DNA of 32,000 nucleotides from positions 3,660,001 through 3,692,000 of the forward strand of contig NZ_LN831039.1 in NCBI RefSeq assembly GCF_001457595.1, in the 5' to 3' direction. Source of the stretch: Mycolicibacterium smegmatis. GTDB lineage: Bacteria > Actinomycetota > Actinomycetes > Mycobacteriales > Mycobacteriaceae. The translations under genes and the position numbers were made by a program. Positions 7,324 through 16,512 of the stretch are shown here, piece by piece. The notes under the pieces were generated by a model that was not told the DNA's origin, made no database searches, and saw only the letters and a list, made by a program, of their open reading frames with translations. Within the stretch, counting starts at the first letter, position 1; each line of letters begins with the position of its first letter.

Positions 7324-8772
7324 ATGGCAGTTCTCGGGGGCGGCGACGTGTCACGACCGGCGCCACCGTTCGCTGCTGCCGCGGTCCTGCCGATAGCCGC
7401 GTTGACGGCGTTAGCTCATTGCGCCGCAGCGCTGTTGGGCAAGGGCTACTGGTTCGACGAGGTGTACATGCTGGCGATCGGCCGCTTCCACCTGGATTGG
7501 GGTGCGGCCGACCAGCCGCCCGTGACGCCCGCACTGGCCGCACTGGCCGGCACCGTGGCGCCGGGGTCGCTGGTCACCCTGCGGGCTCCCGCTGTGCTGG
7601 CCACCGGATGCGCCGTGGTGCTGGCGGCGCTCATCGCACGGGAGCTCGGTGGACGGCGCCGCGCCCAGGCCGTCACCGCGCTGGCGCAGGCCACGGCGCT
7701 GTTCTCGACGTTCGCCGGGCACTGGCTGACGCCCTACACGCTCGAACCCGCCCAGTGGCTGTTGCTCATCTGGCTTCTGGTGCGCTGGATTCGCACACGC
7801 GATGACCGCCTGCTGGTGGCGGCGGGAGCGGCCACCGGCCTGGCCGCGATGACGAAGTTTCAGGTGTTGCTTCTGTGTGCGGTGTTGCTGTTGGGCATCG
7901 CTTGGTGCGGACCGCGTGCGCTATTGAGGCGCCCGCTGTTGTGGGTCGGGGCCGCGGTCGCTCTTGCGATGGTGAGCCCGACGCTCGTGTGGCAGCACGT
8001 CCACGGATGGCCCCAGCTCCAGATGACCACGGTGGTCGCCGGTGAAGCCGAGTACCTGTACGGCGGCCGAGCCGGGGTCGCGGTCCAGCTGATCCTGTTC
8101 GCAGGTGTGCTCGGCGTGGGCCTGGGCGTGTACGGCGCATGGTGTCTGTTGCGCCACGCCGAATTCCGCGAGTATCGCTTCCTGCCGGCCGTCGGCGTCG
8201 TGCTCTACGTCGTGTTCGTCGCGACGGCCGGGCGGCCCTACTACCTGGGCGGGCTCTATGCGCCGTTTGTCGCCGCGGGTGCGGTTTGTCTCGAATCGGT
8301 GTCGCCTGGGACGGTCCGACGCTGGGCACTGCGGGTCGGAACGGTCACCGCTGTCGCGGCGACGGTTGCCATCTTGGTCCTGTCGGTGAACATCACCCCT
8401 CCTGACGTCGGGGACCGGATCGCGAAAGCCGCCGCCACGGCCTATCGCGACCTTCCCGAGGACGAGCGCGACCGCACGGTGCTTCTGGGCGAGTCGTACA
8501 TCACGGCCGCGTACCTGGACGGCGCCGCGCCGCGATACGGTCTGCCGCAGGCGTACGGCACCAACCGCAGTTACGGGTACTTCACTCCCCCTCCCGACAC
8601 GGCCGACGAGGCGTTGTACGTCGGCGCCGAACCCGACGGCATGCGCGAACATTTCGTGACGGTGCGCAACCTCGCCACGATCGACGGGGATCTCAAACTC
8701 TTCCTGTTGCGGGAGCGCAGGCACCCGTGGCCGCAGATCTGGTCCGAACAGCGGTCGCTGACGGTGTCGTAA
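7324..8772 (+). CDS. ArnT/PMT-like polytopic glycosyltransferase (GT-C fold, dolichyl-phosphate-mannose mannosyltransferase-like)
   Basis: ATG 7324 in the frame of ORF 6625..8772. GKGYWFDEVYMLAIGRFHLDWGAADQPPVTPALAALAG with DE and DQPP motifs, plus many TM segments. Confidence 0.85.
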   Translation: MAVLGGGDVSRPAPPFAAAAVLPIAALTALAHCAAALLGKGYWFDEVYMLAIGRFHLDWGAADQPPVTPALAALAGTVAPGSLVTLRAPAVLATGCAVVLAALIARELGGRRRAQAVTALAQATALFSTFAGHWLTPYTLEPAQWLLLIWLLVRWIRTRDDRLLVAAGAATGLAAMTKFQVLLLCAVLLLGIAWCGPRALLRRPLLWVGAAVALAMVSPTLVWQHVHGWPQLQMTTVVAGEAEYLYGGRAGVAVQLILFAGVLGVGLGVYGAWCLLRHAEFREYRFLPAVGVVLYVVFVATAGRPYYLGGLYAPFVAAGAVCLESVSPGTVRRWALRVGTVTAVAATVAILVLSVNITPPDVGDRIAKAAATAYRDLPEDERDRTVLLGESYITAAYLDGAAPRYGLPQAYGTNRSYGYFTPPPDTADEALYVGAEPDGMREHFVTVRNLATIDGDLKLFLLRERRHPWPQIWSEQRSLTVS

Positions 8773-9043
8773 GCGGCGCCGGCGTCATGTGACGAGGGCA
8801 CATCCGAATCGCCCTGGAAGGGACGCCGTTCCCTCGACCGCGCCACACATGTTGCCCGAGTTGCCGATCCGAGGCTTCTCTGTTAACGCCGCGAGCCGGG
8901 CCACCCCGAACGACTCGGCGGCAACGACGAATTCTGCGGAATTCTGGTTAACCGCCAGAACCACCGTTCGCCGCGATTGACTTGTCGGTTGCCCCGACGT
9001 CGTTGCTCCCCGCAAACACCTTCGGCGTGAACCCGACCGAGAT

Positions 9044-9077
9044 GATTGTTGACAATCCTACCGACCCTCGTTAGTTT
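9044..9077 (+). promoter_or_regulatory. Candidate sigma-A promoter TTGACA-17-TAGTTT overlapped by palindrome GATTGT-TG-ACAATC
   Basis: Palindrome 9044-9057; -35 TTGACA 9049-9054; -10-like TAGTTT 9072-9077. It lies about 80 bp upstream of the ABC operon. Confidence 0.5.
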
Positions 9078-9157
9078 TTCGGGCAATCCGAGCCGTCGAA
9101 CATCTGTACATCGATTTGCCTGGCCATCGAGACAACGGACCATGATTGGAGCCGAGA

Positions 9158-10045
9158 GTGCCTCATGATCTGTCCAGGCGGCAATTGCTGCGTGGCGCTG
9201 GGGCTTTGGCTGTCGGCGTCCCCCTGGCAGCAGCGCTGGGCGCCTGCACCTTCACCGAACCCGGCACCGGCGCACCGAAAGGCAGTGTGCTCGACCGCGG
9301 GCGGCGACAGGGCTACCTGCGCGTCGCGGTCTTCAACGAGCCGCCGTACACCAAACTCGAAGTGGACGGCACCGTGACAGGCGCCGAGCCGGACGTTCTC
9401 CGTGCGGTGTTGCAACGCCTGGGCATCGACGACATCCGAGGCGCCAGAATCGAATACGACGCGATGATCCCGTCGCTGAAATCGGGGCAGGTCGACGTCA
9501 TCGCCGCGGGCCTGTTCATGAAGCAGTCACGCTGCGCCGAGGTCGCGTACTCCGAACCGGTGATCGTGTCGACCGAATCCTTCGCCGTGCCACCCGGCAA
9601 CCCCGCGGGCATCACCACCATCCGCGACGTGCTGGACAACCCCGGTATGAAGATCGCTGTGCTGCCAGGCGGTTTCGAGGAAGGAATCCTCATCGCGGCC
9701 AAAGTGCCGCAGTCACAACGGGTCATCGTCCGCGACAACGTCAGTGGCGTCGAGTCACTTGCCGCAGGCCGCGTCGACGCCTTCCTGCTGCCCACCCTCT
9801 CGCTGCGGGGCATGGCTCAGGTGAACAAGAGCTTCGAGGTCACCGACCCCATCGAGGACGCACCCGCCACGGGCTCCGGTGCGGCGTTCGAGCAGTCCCA
9901 GACCGACGACGTCGCGAGGTACAACGAGGTGCTCGACGAGTTCAAGAAGGGCCCGGAATTCGCCGACATCATGCAGAGATGGGGTTTCGATGCCGAGGCG
10001 GCGCTAGGCGTCACCACAGCGGAACTCTGCGAGGCAGAGGGATAG
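9158..10045 (+). CDS. Extracellular solute-binding protein of polar amino acid/ectoine-type ABC transporter (EhuB-like), Tat and lipoprotein signals
   Basis: SRRQLLRGAG twin-arginine-like motif, LGAC lipobox, SBP family 3 fold sequence (LRVAVFNEPPYTKLEVDGTVTG...VDAFLLPTLSLRG). GTG 9158 has GGAG upstream; the track start 9146 is TTG. Confidence 0.85.
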   Translation: MPHDLSRRQLLRGAGALAVGVPLAAALGACTFTEPGTGAPKGSVLDRGRRQGYLRVAVFNEPPYTKLEVDGTVTGAEPDVLRAVLQRLGIDDIRGARIEYDAMIPSLKSGQVDVIAAGLFMKQSRCAEVAYSEPVIVSTESFAVPPGNPAGITTIRDVLDNPGMKIAVLPGGFEEGILIAAKVPQSQRVIVRDNVSGVESLAAGRVDAFLLPTLSLRGMAQVNKSFEVTDPIEDAPATGSGAAFEQSQTDDVARYNEVLDEFKKGPEFADIMQRWGFDAEAALGVTTAELCEAEG

Positions 10046-10055
10046 AGCCGAACCG

Positions 10056-10769
10056 ATGAACCAACTGCTCCAGTACCAGAGTCTGCTGTGGGAAGGGCTC
10101 TGGACAACGGTCCTGGTGACCGTGTTCGGCATCCTCATCGCCGTCGTGGTGGCCTTCGTCGTCGGGTTCATGCGACTCTCGCGACACCGGATCGTGCGGG
10201 CCCCGGCGTACGTGTTCGTCGAGTTCTTCCGCGGCACGTCGATCCTGGTCCAGCTGGCATGGGTGGTGTACGCGCTGCCGTTCCTGGGTGTGCGTTTCAC
10301 CGACAACCTCGTCGCGGGCATCGTCGTCCTCGGCCTGAACGAGGGAGCCTACGCGGCCGAGATCGTCCGCGGCGCAATCGCATCCCGGCCACGCGGACAG
10401 ACCGAGGCGGCCGTGGCGCTCGGCATGAAACCCGCGCAGCGGATGCGCCGCATCCTGGTGCCGCAGTCGATCCCGGTGATGCTGCCGTCTTTCGGCAACG
10501 TCGCGGTCGACCTGTTGAAGGCCACGCCGCTGGTGTACTTCATCGGCGTCGCCGACTTCACGGCCAACGGTCTGGCCATCCGCACCGAAACACAGGACAC
10601 CACAACGATCCTGCTCACGCTGCTGGTCGTCTACTTCATCCTCGCGCTGATACTCGCCGCGATCACACGATGGCTCGAGAACCGGTTCGGCCTGGAGCAC
10701 CGGCGCCGCGGCCTGCTGCGCGGCTCACCGCGGCCGGTGTTCCGCCCGATGATCGGCAGCACATCATGA
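10056..10769 (+). CDS. Polar amino acid/ectoine-type ABC transporter permease (EhuC-like)
   Basis: MNQLLQYQSLLWEGLWTTVLVTVFGI...RGTSILVQLAWVVYALPFLG; EAA loop GMKPAQRMRRILVPQSIPVMLPSFGN. Confidence 0.88.
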   Translation: MNQLLQYQSLLWEGLWTTVLVTVFGILIAVVVAFVVGFMRLSRHRIVRAPAYVFVEFFRGTSILVQLAWVVYALPFLGVRFTDNLVAGIVVLGLNEGAYAAEIVRGAIASRPRGQTEAAVALGMKPAQRMRRILVPQSIPVMLPSFGNVAVDLLKATPLVYFIGVADFTANGLAIRTETQDTTTILLTLLVVYFILALILAAITRWLENRFGLEHRRRGLLRGSPRPVFRPMIGSTS

Positions 10770-11446
10770 CAACCACCTACGTCGCGGCCCAGATCTGGGA
10801 CAACCAGTTCGCGCTCGAGATCTTCCCCAAACTGCTCGACGCGTTCTGGCTCACCATCCGGCTCACCATCGTCGGCATGGCCATAGCGCTGGTCCTCGGC
10901 CTGTTCGTCGCGGTGATCCGCTATCCACGCATACCTGTGGTGTCGCAGCTGTTCGACTTCTACGTGCTGTTCGTCCGCGGCACACCGTTGTTGGTGCAGA
11001 TCTTCGCGGTGTACTTCATCCTGCCCGAGTACGGGATCACGCTGTCCAACTTCACCGCGGGCGTGCTGGTCCTCGGCATCAACTACAGCGCCTACACCGC
11101 GGAGGTCTACCGCGCAGGCATCGAAGCGCTGCCGAAGGGCCAGTGGGAGGCAGCGACCGCGTTGAACCTGTCGCGCGCACGCACGTGGTCGAGAATCGTT
11201 CTTCCGCAATCGATCGCGATGATCATCCCGGTCCTGGGCAACTACCTGATCCAGATGTTCAAGGACACCGCGCTGCTGTACGCGATCGGCACACTGGAGG
11301 TGCTGACGACGGCCCGTTCCATCGGACAGAGCACGGGACAGTTCCTCGAGCCCCTCACGATCGCCGGCCTGATGTACCTGATCATCAGCTACGTCTCCTC
11401 GCTCGCGATCAGGCAGATGGAGCGGCGCTATGCACCAGTTCACTGA
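10766..11446 (+). CDS. Polar amino acid/ectoine-type ABC transporter permease (EhuD-like)
   Basis: ATG 10766 overlaps the previous stop by 4 nt. FVRGTPLLVQIFAVYFILPEYGITL...ALNLSRARTWSRIVLPQSIAMIIPVLGN. Confidence 0.88.
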   Translation: MTTTYVAAQIWDNQFALEIFPKLLDAFWLTIRLTIVGMAIALVLGLFVAVIRYPRIPVVSQLFDFYVLFVRGTPLLVQIFAVYFILPEYGITLSNFTAGVLVLGINYSAYTAEVYRAGIEALPKGQWEAATALNLSRARTWSRIVLPQSIAMIIPVLGNYLIQMFKDTALLYAIGTLEVLTTARSIGQSTGQFLEPLTIAGLMYLIISYVSSLAIRQMERRYAPVH

Positions 11447-11476
11447 CATCCGTGCATGTAACGACGGGAAGGCCTG

Positions 11477-12232
11477 ATGATCACATTCGAGAACGTCAGC
11501 AAGAGCTGGGGCGACAACCGCGTCCTGCGCTCACTCAACTTCGAGGTCGCGCGCGGAGAGAAGGTCTCCATCATCGGACCTTCCGGGTCGGGCAAGACCA
11601 CCATTCTGCGCATCCTCATGACACTGGAGACCCCAGACGATGGACTGGTGACGATCGACGGTGAAACACTGTGGGACGCCCGCGACGGCAAGAAGTGCAA
11701 GGAGACCAGGGCGCTACGCGCCACCCGGAGCAAGGTCGGCATGGTCTTCCAGCAGTTCAACCTGTTCCCGCACATGACCGCGTTCGAGAACATCATCGAG
11801 GCACCGGTGCACGTTCTCGGCATGTCGAAGGCCGAGGCCTCCACACGCGCCCGCGACCTGCTGGAGATGGTCGGGCTGAGCGAACACGCAGACCACAAGC
11901 CGCACAAGCTCTCCGGCGGACAGCAGCAAAGGGTCGCGATCGCGCGTGCCATGGCGATGCGCCCCTCGGTGCTGCTGTTCGACGAGCCGACGTCGGCACT
12001 GGACCCCGAACTGATCGGCGACGTGCTCGGCGTGATCCGCGACCTCGCCAACGACACCGACATGACGATGCTGATGGTGACCCACGAGATGCGCTTCGCC
12101 GAGGAGATCTCCGACCGGGTGGTGATGTTCGATTCGGGAACCGCGATCGAGACCGGCCCGCCCGCGCAGGTGCTGAGAAATCCGACGCACGAGCGCACCC
12201 AGCGTTTCCTGCATGCCGTGCTCGACCGCTGA
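11477..12232 (+). CDS. ABC transporter ATP-binding protein (EhuA-like)
   Basis: Walker A GPSGSGKT, Q-loop VFQQFNLFPHMTAFEN, signature LSGGQQQR, Walker B LLFDEPTSALD. Confidence 0.95.
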   Translation: MITFENVSKSWGDNRVLRSLNFEVARGEKVSIIGPSGSGKTTILRILMTLETPDDGLVTIDGETLWDARDGKKCKETRALRATRSKVGMVFQQFNLFPHMTAFENIIEAPVHVLGMSKAEASTRARDLLEMVGLSEHADHKPHKLSGGQQQRVAIARAMAMRPSVLLFDEPTSALDPELIGDVLGVIRDLANDTDMTMLMVTHEMRFAEEISDRVVMFDSGTAIETGPPAQVLRNPTHERTQRFLHAVLDR

Positions 12233-12287
12233 CCGTATTTCCGCCGGGATTCCACCCGTCGGCGCCGCGGCGCTCTACCCTGGCGGC

Positions 12288-13565
12288 ATGGGTATCGCAC
12301 CGCGGGTCAACGGGGCGGCTCCGCCCGATGTGCCGTTGTCGGAGATCAACCTCGGGTCGTGGGACTTCTGGGCACTCGACGACGACATCCGCGACGGCGC
12401 GTTCGCCACGCTGCGCCGTGAGGCCCCCATCTCGTTCCACCCGGCGTTCGACACCGAGGAGGGTTTTCCGCAGGGTGCGGGCCACTGGGCGCTCACACGC
12501 CACGACGACGTGTTCTACGCCAGCAGGCACCCCGAGTTGTTCAGTTCGGCGTCGGGGATCGTCATCGGTGATCAAACCCCGGAACTCGCAGAGTATTTCG
12601 GCTCGATGATCGCCATGGACGATCCGCGACACACGCGGCTGCGCAACATCGTCCGCAGCGCGTTCACCCCGCGGGTGCTCGCCGTCATCGAGGATTCGGT
12701 GCGTGACCGGGCCCGCAGGCTCGTGGCCGGCATGGTCGATCGCAATCCCGACGGCCACGCCGAACTGGTCACCGAACTTGCCGGACCGCTGCCGCTGCAG
12801 ATCATCTGCGACATGATGGGCATCCCGGAGAGCGACCACCAACAGATCTTTCACTGGACCAACGTGATCCTTGGCTTCGGCGACCCCGATCTGACAACGG
12901 ATTTCGACGAGTTCGTCACCGTCGCGATGGACATCGGCGCATATGCCACCGCGCTGGCCGACCAACGTCGCTCGGCGCCGGCCGACGACCTGACCACAAG
13001 CCTGGTGCAGGCCGAGGTCGACGGGGAACGGCTCACCTCGGCCGAGGTCGCGTCGTTCTTCATCCTGCTGGTCGTCGCGGGCAACGAGACCACCCGCAAC
13101 GCGATCAGCCACGGCGTTCTCGCACTCACCCGCTACCCCGAACAACGCCGGTTGTGGTGGTCACGCTTCGACGAACTCGCCCCCACCGCGGTCGAGGAGA
13201 TCGTGCGCTGGGCATCGCCGGTGAGCTACATGCGCCGCACCGTGACCCGCGATACCGAACTGGCCGGCACAGCGCTTCCGGCCGGGTCCAAGGTCACGCT
13301 GTGGTACGGCTCGGCGAACCGCGACGAGACGAAGTTCGACAACCCGTGGATGTTCGACGTGCAGCGCCATCCCAATCCGCACGTGGGATTCGGCGGCGGT
13401 GGCGCCCACTTCTGCCTGGGCGCCAACCTCGCGCGGCGCGAGATCACCGTGCTGTTCTCCGAACTGCACCGCCACCTGCCCGACATCGTCGCCACCGAGG
13501 AACCCGACCGTCTGCAATCGGCATTCATCCACGGCATCAAGCGCCTTCCGGTCGCGTGGCGCTGA
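12288..13565 (+). CDS. Cytochrome P450
   Basis: VVAGNETTRNAI (I-helix), EEIVRWASPV (ExxR), heme-binding GFGGGGAHFCLGANLARREI. Start ATG 12288 is preferred over 12213, which overlaps the ATPase. Confidence 0.95.
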   Translation: MGIAPRVNGAAPPDVPLSEINLGSWDFWALDDDIRDGAFATLRREAPISFHPAFDTEEGFPQGAGHWALTRHDDVFYASRHPELFSSASGIVIGDQTPELAEYFGSMIAMDDPRHTRLRNIVRSAFTPRVLAVIEDSVRDRARRLVAGMVDRNPDGHAELVTELAGPLPLQIICDMMGIPESDHQQIFHWTNVILGFGDPDLTTDFDEFVTVAMDIGAYATALADQRRSAPADDLTTSLVQAEVDGERLTSAEVASFFILLVVAGNETTRNAISHGVLALTRYPEQRRLWWSRFDELAPTAVEEIVRWASPVSYMRRTVTRDTELAGTALPAGSKVTLWYGSANRDETKFDNPWMFDVQRHPNPHVGFGGGGAHFCLGANLARREITVLFSELHRHLPDIVATEEPDRLQSAFIHGIKRLPVAWR

Positions 13566-13583
13566 GCCGGCTGCTCGGGATTT

Positions 13584-14816
13584 CTAGTCGGAAACTGCCG
13601 CCAATTCCGGCGCAAGCGCCACCAGGACACGCGCCGAGTCTTTCGGTACCGTCATGTCCAGCCCGGTGAGTTCCTTGAGCCGACGGATTCGTTTCATCAC
13701 CGTGTTCCGGTGGCAGAACAGTTCGGCCGCAGTCGCACTCACATCGCCATTCCCGGCGAAGACACTGATCGTCTCCATCAAGACTTTCAACTCGGCGGGT
13801 CGGCAGTCGCGTAGCGGACCCCGAATCGATTCCTCCAGCACGGGCAGACGAGAGTGCAAGGCGGCTCCCGCCACCAGAGGCCAGACATCCGCGGCAGTTG
13901 CGGGACCGATGTGGTCAGGATGCATGGACAGGGCTATCTCGCAGGCGATCTGAGCCGCGGACCTCAGCTGAGAGACTCCCCGGTGGAGCGGCGAAACGCC
14001 GCATCGCACCGGTTTCAGATCCGCGTACTCCGGGTCCGAAGTGCATCCATCGGGTACACCGTCGAGCTCGCTACCGACGACGTCGGCCACCCACACCGCC
14101 ACGATGCACTGGCCCATCGCATAGGTGTAGGCCAGCCTGCCACGCCGACGGAGTCGCTCGGCAAACTGCTGTAAGGGCGTGCCCTCAGACGCCAGAGCCG
14201 CAGCAACCCAGATGCCGTCGGTCTCGCGGATCGAGAGCGCCTGCCCCGCCCGTGCGATGAATGTCAACGACGGGTACTCGTCGGTGACCAACTTCGCCAA
14301 CAGCGATTGCACGCTCAGTGACCGTTCCTGGGCGATGGCGATCACCTCGTCGAAGTAAGCTGCGTGGATACGCCCGGCGAATCCGTCGACCACACGCCAC
14401 ACATCTTCGGCGTGTTCGGCCAACACGGCAGCGTCGTCATCCTCCGCCAACTCGCGAAAAGCCGCCCACAGCACCGAGAAATCCCGGTGTATGGCGGCGG
14501 TCAGTTTCTCCGACTCGACGCCCTGCGAGGCGCGCCGCACGCCGAGCTCACGGGTGATGCGGAGATCCTCCTCGCTGGTGGGTGTGCCTCGAAGCTGTCT
14601 GAGCAGCATCGTGAAGGCGGCGCGCGAACTCTCACGGAGGTCAGCGGTCTCCACCTTCGAGTCATAGAAGCGCCGCCCGTCATCGACCTGCGCCATGAAC
14701 GCATCGACCAGTTGGTCGCGGTGGTCGGTCACGCTGTTGATCAACTCCATCCAGCGGCTGCGTGACCACTGGCCGGCATCGGACGATTTGCGCATGAACG
14801 TCACCGTAGTGGTCAC
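13584..14816 (-). CDS. PucR/CdaR-like transcriptional regulator with C-terminal HTH_30
   Basis: C-terminal LMETISVFAGNGDVSATAAELFCHRNTVMKRIRRLKELTGLD is the classic PucR C-terminal HTH. Start is GTG 14816 or ATG 14795. Confidence 0.88.
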   Translation of the reverse strand: MTTTVTFMRKSSDAGQWSRSRWMELINSVTDHRDQLVDAFMAQVDDGRRFYDSKVETADLRESSRAAFTMLLRQLRGTPTSEEDLRITRELGVRRASQGVESEKLTAAIHRDFSVLWAAFRELAEDDDAAVLAEHAEDVWRVVDGFAGRIHAAYFDEVIAIAQERSLSVQSLLAKLVTDEYPSLTFIARAGQALSIRETDGIWVAAALASEGTPLQQFAERLRRRGRLAYTYAMGQCIVAVWVADVVGSELDGVPDGCTSDPEYADLKPVRCGVSPLHRGVSQLRSAAQIACEIALSMHPDHIGPATAADVWPLVAGAALHSRLPVLEESIRGPLRDCRPAELKVLMETISVFAGNGDVSATAAELFCHRNTVMKRIRRLKELTGLDMTVPKDSARVLVALAPELAAVSD

Positions 14817-14899
14817 ATGTGCACGTGCACACGGATAACTCGCATTTTCGGTGCATCATGCGGCTGGTTCGATGCGCGTGCATCACATACATTGTGACC
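14811..14899. promoter_or_regulatory. Divergent operator region: inverted GGTCACATGT / ACATTGTGACC boxes, perfect palindrome TGTGCACGTGCACA (14818-14831), direct repeats GTGCATCA (14851, 14878)
   Basis: Direct reading of the interval between the PucR-like gene and the hydantoinase operon. Confidence 0.55.
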
Positions 14900-15059
14900 G
14901 GGCGCAGTTTTCAGGAAACACCAAGGCGCACCACACCATTCTTCAAAGATCGCCTACACCGCATCGCGCGATATGACCCAGTGCCGTCGGCTGTCAACCG
15001 GGCGACCGATGGATGACTCGACCGAGCTTTTACAGCAGACGAGAGTGAATGAATTGGTA

Positions 15060-16472
15060 ATGAGCAGCACCTTGATCACCGGAGGCACGATCGTCAACGC
15101 CACCGGCACCTGTACCGCGGACGTACTGGTCGATGGCGAGCGGATCGCGGCCGTCTTCGCCCCTGGGACATCGCTGGGTAATCACCCTCCGGTGGTAGAC
15201 CGCACCATCGACGCCACCGGCAAGTACGTCATTCCCGGCGGCGTGGACGCCCACACCCACATGGAGATGCCATTCGGGGGCACGAACGCTTCCGACACCT
15301 TCGAAACGGGGACGCGGGCCGCGGCCTGGGGTGGCACCACGACGATTGTCGACTTCGTCGTCCAGAAGGCCGGGGAGAACCCTCTGGTTCAGTACGAACG
15401 GTGGCAGGAGAAAGCCGCCGGAAAGTGCGCCATCGACTACGGATTCCACCAGATCCTCAGCGACGTGGACGATTCCTCGTTGTCCGCCATGGACGAACTG
15501 GTCCGCGAAGGAGTCACCAGCTTCAAGTTCTTCATGGCCTACAAGGGCGTCTTCCTGTCCGATGACGGTCAGATCCTGCGTGGCATGCAGAAAGCGAGAG
15601 ACAACGGCGCCTTGATCATGATGCACGCCGAGAACGGCAGTGTCATCGATGTCTTGGTCCAACAATCCGTCGCACGCGGTGACACTTCGCCCTACCACCA
15701 TGGGTTGACCCGGCCGTGGCAGGCCGAGGCCGAGGCGACACATCGCGCCATCATGCTCGCCGACATCACCGGCGCCCCGCTCTACATCGTGCACGTCAGC
15801 GCAAAACAAGCAGTCGAACAGATCGCCATGGCACGCGACAACGGGCGCAACGTCTTTGCCGAAACCTGCCCGCAGTACCTCTACCTGTCGCTCGAAGAAC
15901 ACCTCGGGGCGCCTGGTTTCGAAGGCGCGAAGTGGGTCTGCTCGACACCGTTGCGATCTCGCGCCGAGCACCACCAGCAGCACATGTGGCAGGGCCTGCG
16001 GACCAACGACCTGCAAGTTGTCTCGACCGACCACTGTCCGTTCTGTATGAGGGGGCAGAAAGAACTGGGGCGCGACGACTTCTCCAAGATTCCCAACGGA
16101 ATCGGCTCAGTCGAGCATCGGATGGACCTGCTCTACCAAGGTGTCGTGCTCGGCGAGATCTCACTCCCCCGGTGGGTCGAGATCTGTTCGACGACACCGG
16201 CGCGCATGTTCGGTATGTACGGCAGGAAGGGCGTCATTCAACCGGGCGCCGACGCCGACATCGTCATATACGACCCGAAGGGCAAGACCCGCATCAGCGC
16301 CGAGACCCACCACATGAACATCGATCATTCTGCCTGGGAGGGTTTCGAGGTCGACGGGCACGTCGACACCGTCTTGTCGCGGGGACGGGTCATCGTCGAC
16401 GAGAACAGTTTTCACGGCCAGGCGGGCCACGGCGAGTATCTCAAGCGCAGCCTCAGCCAGTACCTCATCTAG
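15060..16472 (+). CDS. Dihydropyrimidinase / D-hydantoinase (cyclic amidohydrolase)
   Basis: GGTIVNATGTCTADVLVDGERIAAV...VIPGGVDAHTHMEMPFGGTNASDTFETGTRAA...YIVHVSAKQAVEQI...VVSTDHCPF. ATG 15060 matches the family N-terminus. Confidence 0.93.
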   Translation: MSSTLITGGTIVNATGTCTADVLVDGERIAAVFAPGTSLGNHPPVVDRTIDATGKYVIPGGVDAHTHMEMPFGGTNASDTFETGTRAAAWGGTTTIVDFVVQKAGENPLVQYERWQEKAAGKCAIDYGFHQILSDVDDSSLSAMDELVREGVTSFKFFMAYKGVFLSDDGQILRGMQKARDNGALIMMHAENGSVIDVLVQQSVARGDTSPYHHGLTRPWQAEAEATHRAIMLADITGAPLYIVHVSAKQAVEQIAMARDNGRNVFAETCPQYLYLSLEEHLGAPGFEGAKWVCSTPLRSRAEHHQQHMWQGLRTNDLQVVSTDHCPFCMRGQKELGRDDFSKIPNGIGSVEHRMDLLYQGVVLGEISLPRWVEICSTTPARMFGMYGRKGVIQPGADADIVIYDPKGKTRISAETHHMNIDHSAWEGFEVDGHVDTVLSRGRVIVDENSFHGQAGHGEYLKRSLSQYLI

Positions 16473-16512
16473 CCACAACCGGTCGCGCTTTCACGCAAGG
16501 AAAGGTCTGTCA

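Noticed and set aside
8789-8980. 63-aa ORF in the intergenic region before the ABC operon
   Set aside because: No convincing RBS or coding character; it overlaps repeated/palindromic non-coding sequence.
10011-10700. 229-aa minus-strand ORF, and similar ORFs 10631..11449 and 11793..13145
   Set aside because: Shadow ORFs rich in Arg/Asp/His opposite the ABC permeases, ATPase and P450.
12213-12287. N-terminal extension of the P450 ORF
   Set aside because: It overlaps the end of the ATPase gene. ATG 12288 gives a better P450 N-terminus.
14185-14765. Plus-strand ORFs (14364..14765 etc.) opposite the PucR-like regulator
   Set aside because: No recognisable fold; the minus-strand frame has a convincing PucR HTH.
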